A stretch of 1,192 bases of DNA from Naegleria gruberi (lineage: Eukaryota), in the NCBI GenBank assembly GCA_000004985.1, contig GG739510.1; one strand, given 5' to 3'. Made by a program: the position numbers and the translations under genes. A model generated the notes under the pieces. The model saw only the letters and a program-made list of their open reading frames with translations. It had not been told where the DNA came from and did not search any database. This document shows positions 1 to 1,192 of the stretch, one piece after another (within the stretch, counting starts at the first letter, position 1; each line of letters begins with the position of its first letter).

Positions 1-191
1 GAATGGTTTGGTTTCTCTGTTTTTCCTGTTAAATTATAATATTTGCCTATCACATCAAAAAATTCTTGCATTGAAAGAGAAACTTTATGGTCCTTACATC
101 CATATCTTACATATTCCTGTATTTCTTCGTTGTTGGATGTTTGGAGAGCACTGGCTAGCTCCCGCAAATTAATATTGATCAGTTTTTCCAT
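1..191 (-). CDS. 5'-partial view of a minus-strand CDS: N-terminal 63 codons starting at ATG (complement of 189-191) and running off the left edge; product unknown
   Basis: My reverse-complement translation from 191 downward gives MEKLININLRELASALQTSNNEEIQEYVRYGCKDHKVSLSMQEFFDVIGKYYNLTGKTEKPNH with no stop to position 1. The same frame is open upstream to a stop at 282-284 with no earlier ATG, so 191 is the first ATG. Sixty-three open codons in ~67% AT DNA is about p 0.01 by chance. The composition is balanced and charged (E,K,R,D,Q,Y,G,C,H), unlike the F/I/L-rich product of the overlapping + ORF. The divergent arrangement with the + gene leaves a ~380 bp shared promoter, typical for yeast. 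Caveats: -3 position is T (weak initiation context), several rare Leu/Arg codons (CTG, CTA, CTC, CGG), and only 63 codons are visible. Confidence 0.5.
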   Translation of the reverse strand, partial: MEKLININLRELASALQTSNNEEIQEYVRYGCKDHKVSLSMQEFFDVIGKYYNLTGKTEKPNH

Positions 192-210
192 GAAGAAAGC
201 AGTTTCAATA

Positions 211-231
211 TTTTTTTCGATAAATTTTTTT
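211..231. promoter_or_regulatory. Two T7 homopolymer tracts (211-217, 225-231) = poly(dA:dT) nucleosome-excluding elements typical of yeast promoters
   Basis: tttttttcgataaattttttt seen directly. Further T5 tracts at 424-428 and 431-435. Poly(dA:dT) tracts are an established feature of yeast nucleosome-depleted promoter regions. They also explain the Phe-rich translation of the spurious + ORF 43..372. Confidence 0.4.
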
Positions 232-266
232 GCTGTTATTATGTCTAACAATTTGATTTTAATTAC

Positions 267-275
267 CCGCTCCGG
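267..275. promoter_or_regulatory. CCGCTCCGG: everted CCG-N3-CGG motif, candidate Zn(II)2Cys6 zinc-cluster transcription factor site
   Basis: This is the only GC-rich island (cccgctccggcac, 266-278) in an otherwise AT-rich intergenic stretch. Fungal zinc-cluster factors bind paired CGG/CCG triplets with factor-specific spacing. It sits ~76 bp upstream of the minus-strand ATG. Motif match only; no spacing-specific factor can be assigned. Confidence 0.2.
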
Positions 276-326
276 CACAAGTCAATACGAAATTATTCGT
301 CAAAAACCAATCGTACACTTGTTGGG

Positions 327-341
327 TTTTATTTATAAAAA
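327..341. promoter_or_regulatory. Bidirectional TATA-like element (ttttatttataaaaa: TATAAAAA on +, TATAAATAAAA on -)
   Basis: Sequence 327-341 is ttttatttataaaaa. It reads TATAAAA on + (334-340) and TATAAAT on the reverse strand (337->331). It lies ~235 bp upstream of the + ATG and ~140 bp upstream of the - ATG, within the range of yeast TATA-to-ATG spacing. AT-rich background means chance occurrence is not negligible. Confidence 0.35.
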
Positions 342-375
342 CGAAACTGTTTTACTCCCCGTAAATAACTAGAAC

Positions 376-417
376 ATGACAATTCACATTCATACCTCCT
401 TCTTAGAAACTTACTAA
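376..417 (+). other. Possible upstream ORF (ATG 376-378 ... TAA 415-417; MTIHIHTSFLETY*), conditional on the transcription start lying upstream of 376
   Basis: An ATG with A at -3 (aacATGa) followed by 12 codons and TAA. It lies ~40 bp downstream of the TATA-like element, so it may or may not be inside the transcript. Confidence 0.15.
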
Positions 418-485
418 GGCCAGTTTTTCTTTTTCAACACCAAGTTTTGAATTAATAGAGTATTGTAACCGCCAAATTAAGGTGA

Positions 486-505
486 AATACAGTATTTACT
501 GTATT
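486..505. repeat. 20-bp near-perfect palindrome aatacagta-tt-tactgtatt (9-bp arms, 2-bp centre)
   Basis: The reverse complement of 486-505 is identical except for the central TT/AA. Located 66-85 bp upstream of the + strand ATG, in the likely 5' leader or core promoter. Confidence 0.9.
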
Positions 506-570
506 AATGAAACAAACACAAAAGAAATAGGCCCTCCAATAGCTCACTTCTTCAAAAAAGCTTCATTCAC

Positions 571-1192
571 ATGACGAATCAAGCTGCATCAACTTCCCTT
601 AATAAGTCTGCAATGTTGAACACAAATTCCATCATGTCAATAATGAATCAAACACAACATTATCATTCCTTGGCCGATCAGACTCTTGCTGGGAATGCTG
701 CTTCTGAATTATTGACCAATAATAATAATATTCAACATTCCCAACAACAGAATGAAATCATGTCCGATGATGAATATAAACTCTTCATGTTGGAAATGAA
801 GGATCTTCATCATATCATGAAGGATATGAATAACATTGGTGATGAGAGGGAGAATGCTAGTGAAGAGTGGTGGAATTCATTGGCTCTTAATATACCTGGA
901 CCTTCCGAATCATCAATATCTTCATCTCCTAAGCAATCTTCCAATACTAATAATAATACAAGTATTAGTAGCAATAATAGTAATACTAATGAGGGTTTAA
1001 AGATAAATATGAGCCTAATTAAAGCCTTTAACGATAGTGGCACTAGTGAAAACCTTAATTTAAATAATAGCAATGATAATATTAATAATAGTAGTAAACG
1101 TGATGACGATTCCGATGATGAAGATGATGAAGAGAACGAGGATGAATTATTAACTTTATCATCATTGGCAAAATTAAGGAAATTAATTCCCA
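571..1192 (+). CDS. 3'-partial CDS (207 codons, continues past window end); N/S-rich low-complexity protein with a more complex island (aa ~60-110: SDDEYKLFMLEMKDLHHIMKDMNNIGDERENASEEWWNSLALNIPGP) and an acidic D/E/S tract (aa ~177-191); product unknown
   Basis: ATG at 571 is the first in-frame ATG after an in-frame TGA at 508-510. I hand-translated 571..1191 in frame 1 and found 207 sense codons and no stop: MTNQAASTSLNKSAMLNTNSIMSIMNQTQHYHSLADQTLAGNAASELLTNNNNIQHSQQQNEIMSDDEYKLFMLEMKDLHHIMKDMNNIGDERENASEEWWNSLALNIPGPSESSISSSPKQSSNTNNNTSISSNNSNTNEGLKINMSLIKAFNDSGTSENLNLNNSNDNINNSSKRDDDSDDEDDEENEDELLTLSSLAKLRKLIP. At roughly 0.07 stop probability per random codon in this composition, 207 open codons is about 1e-7 by chance. 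Codon choice (TTG/TTA Leu, AAT Asn, GGT, GCT, no in-frame CTG) fits yeast. It is missing from the ORF track only because it has no stop inside the window. Confidence 0.85.
   Translation, partial: MTNQAASTSLNKSAMLNTNSIMSIMNQTQHYHSLADQTLAGNAASELLTNNNNIQHSQQQNEIMSDDEYKLFMLEMKDLHHIMKDMNNIGDERENASEEWWNSLALNIPGPSESSISSSPKQSSNTNNNTSISSNNSNTNEGLKINMSLIKAFNDSGTSENLNLNNSNDNINNSSKRDDDSDDEDDEENEDELLTLSSLAKLRKLIP
718..732 (+). repeat. (AAT)5 trinucleotide repeat encoding Asn5 inside the + CDS; further (AAT)3 at 949-957 and AAT/AGT-rich runs at 961-990 and 1060-1095
   Basis: aataataataataat seen directly. In-frame AAT codons give NNNNN. The other runs give NNN and SISSNNSNTN / NLNNSNDNINNSS low-complexity segments. 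Confidence 0.9.
1099..1146 (+). other. Acidic Ser/Asp/Glu cluster RDDDSDDEDDEENEDE within the + CDS (CK2-type phospho-acceptor context)
   Basis: Translation of 1099-1146. The Ser at 1111-1113 is followed by D-D-E, which matches the established S/T-x-x-D/E casein kinase 2 consensus. Such tracts are typical of nuclear/chromatin-associated yeast proteins, but that association is an inference here. Confidence 0.4.

Larger units (their letters stand above)
192..570. promoter_or_regulatory. Divergent intergenic/promoter region between the minus-strand ATG (191) and the plus-strand ATG (571)
   Basis: No convincing coding frame. Contains T7 tracts, a TATAAA element, A/C-rich leader sequence (508-530 aaacaaacacaaaagaaatag) immediately upstream of the + ATG, and stops in all frames. 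Confidence 0.5.

Noticed and set aside
355-360. ctcccc / tccccg resembling a stress-response element (CCCCT/AGGGG)
   Set aside because: Neither strand gives the exact CCCCT or AGGGG core (tccccg / cggggag). Not a true STRE match.
43-372. Track ORF, + strand, 109 aa (starts with TTG in the DNA; first ATG only at 190)
   Set aside because: It has no ATG start. Its translation is dominated by F/I/L/S generated by the poly(dT) tracts (…SIFFSINFFAVIMSNNLILIT…). It spans what is otherwise a coherent promoter (T-tracts, CCG-N3-CGG, TATA) and overlaps a more protein-like minus-strand frame that reaches the window edge. It cannot be fully excluded as a small hydrophobic protein: the ATG at 190 would give 61 aa.
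412-418. TACTAAG, a 6/7 match to the yeast intron branchpoint TACTAAC
   Set aside because: There is no canonical GTATGT or GTAAGT 5' splice site upstream in the window (only GTAAAT at 361). The nearest downstream AG (422-423) is too close, and the next plausible acceptor (atag/g at 527-530) is ~110 nt away. There is also no upstream exon for it to join. Most likely a chance AT-rich match, but a 5'-UTR intron is not formally excluded.
508-530. A/C-rich tract aaacaaacacaaaagaaatag as a possible repeat or ncRNA
   Set aside because: Its composition and position directly upstream of the ATG fit an ordinary A-rich yeast 5' leader. There is no secondary-structure or repeat evidence.
810-1073. Track ORF, - strand, 87 aa (TTG start; poly-Leu/Ile/Val product)
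   Set aside because: It is an antisense shadow of the strongly supported + CDS. Its L/I/V-rich translation is a by-product of reverse-reading AAT/AGT/GAT/GAA codon repeats. It is not ATG-initiated.

Overview
This is AT-rich DNA (about two-thirds A+T) with A-rich leaders, poly(dT) tracts, a TATAAA element and poly-Asn/Ser low-complexity coding sequence. That is the signature of a budding-yeast (Saccharomycotina, possibly Candida-like) nuclear locus, not a prokaryotic one. The layout is most simply read as a divergent gene pair sharing a ~380 bp promoter. On the + strand, an ATG at 571 opens a frame that stays open for 207 codons to the window end (3'-partial CDS, an N/S-rich protein with an acidic Ser/Asp/Glu cluster). 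On the - strand, a probable gene starts at the ATG at 191..189 and runs off the left edge (63 open codons, a protein-like N-terminus). Neither partial CDS appears in the supplied ORF track, presumably because it lists only complete ORFs. Both listed ORFs (43..372 +, 810..1073 -) begin with TTG in the DNA and are probably spurious: one is promoter T-tract read-through, the other an antisense shadow of the + CDS. The intergenic region holds a bidirectional TATA-like element, poly(dA:dT) tracts, a single GC-rich CCG-N3-CGG motif, a 20-bp near-perfect palindrome about 65 bp upstream of the + ATG, and a possible short uORF. I see no CRISPR array, RNA gene, mobile element or defence-system signature. 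I cannot name either protein from memory.
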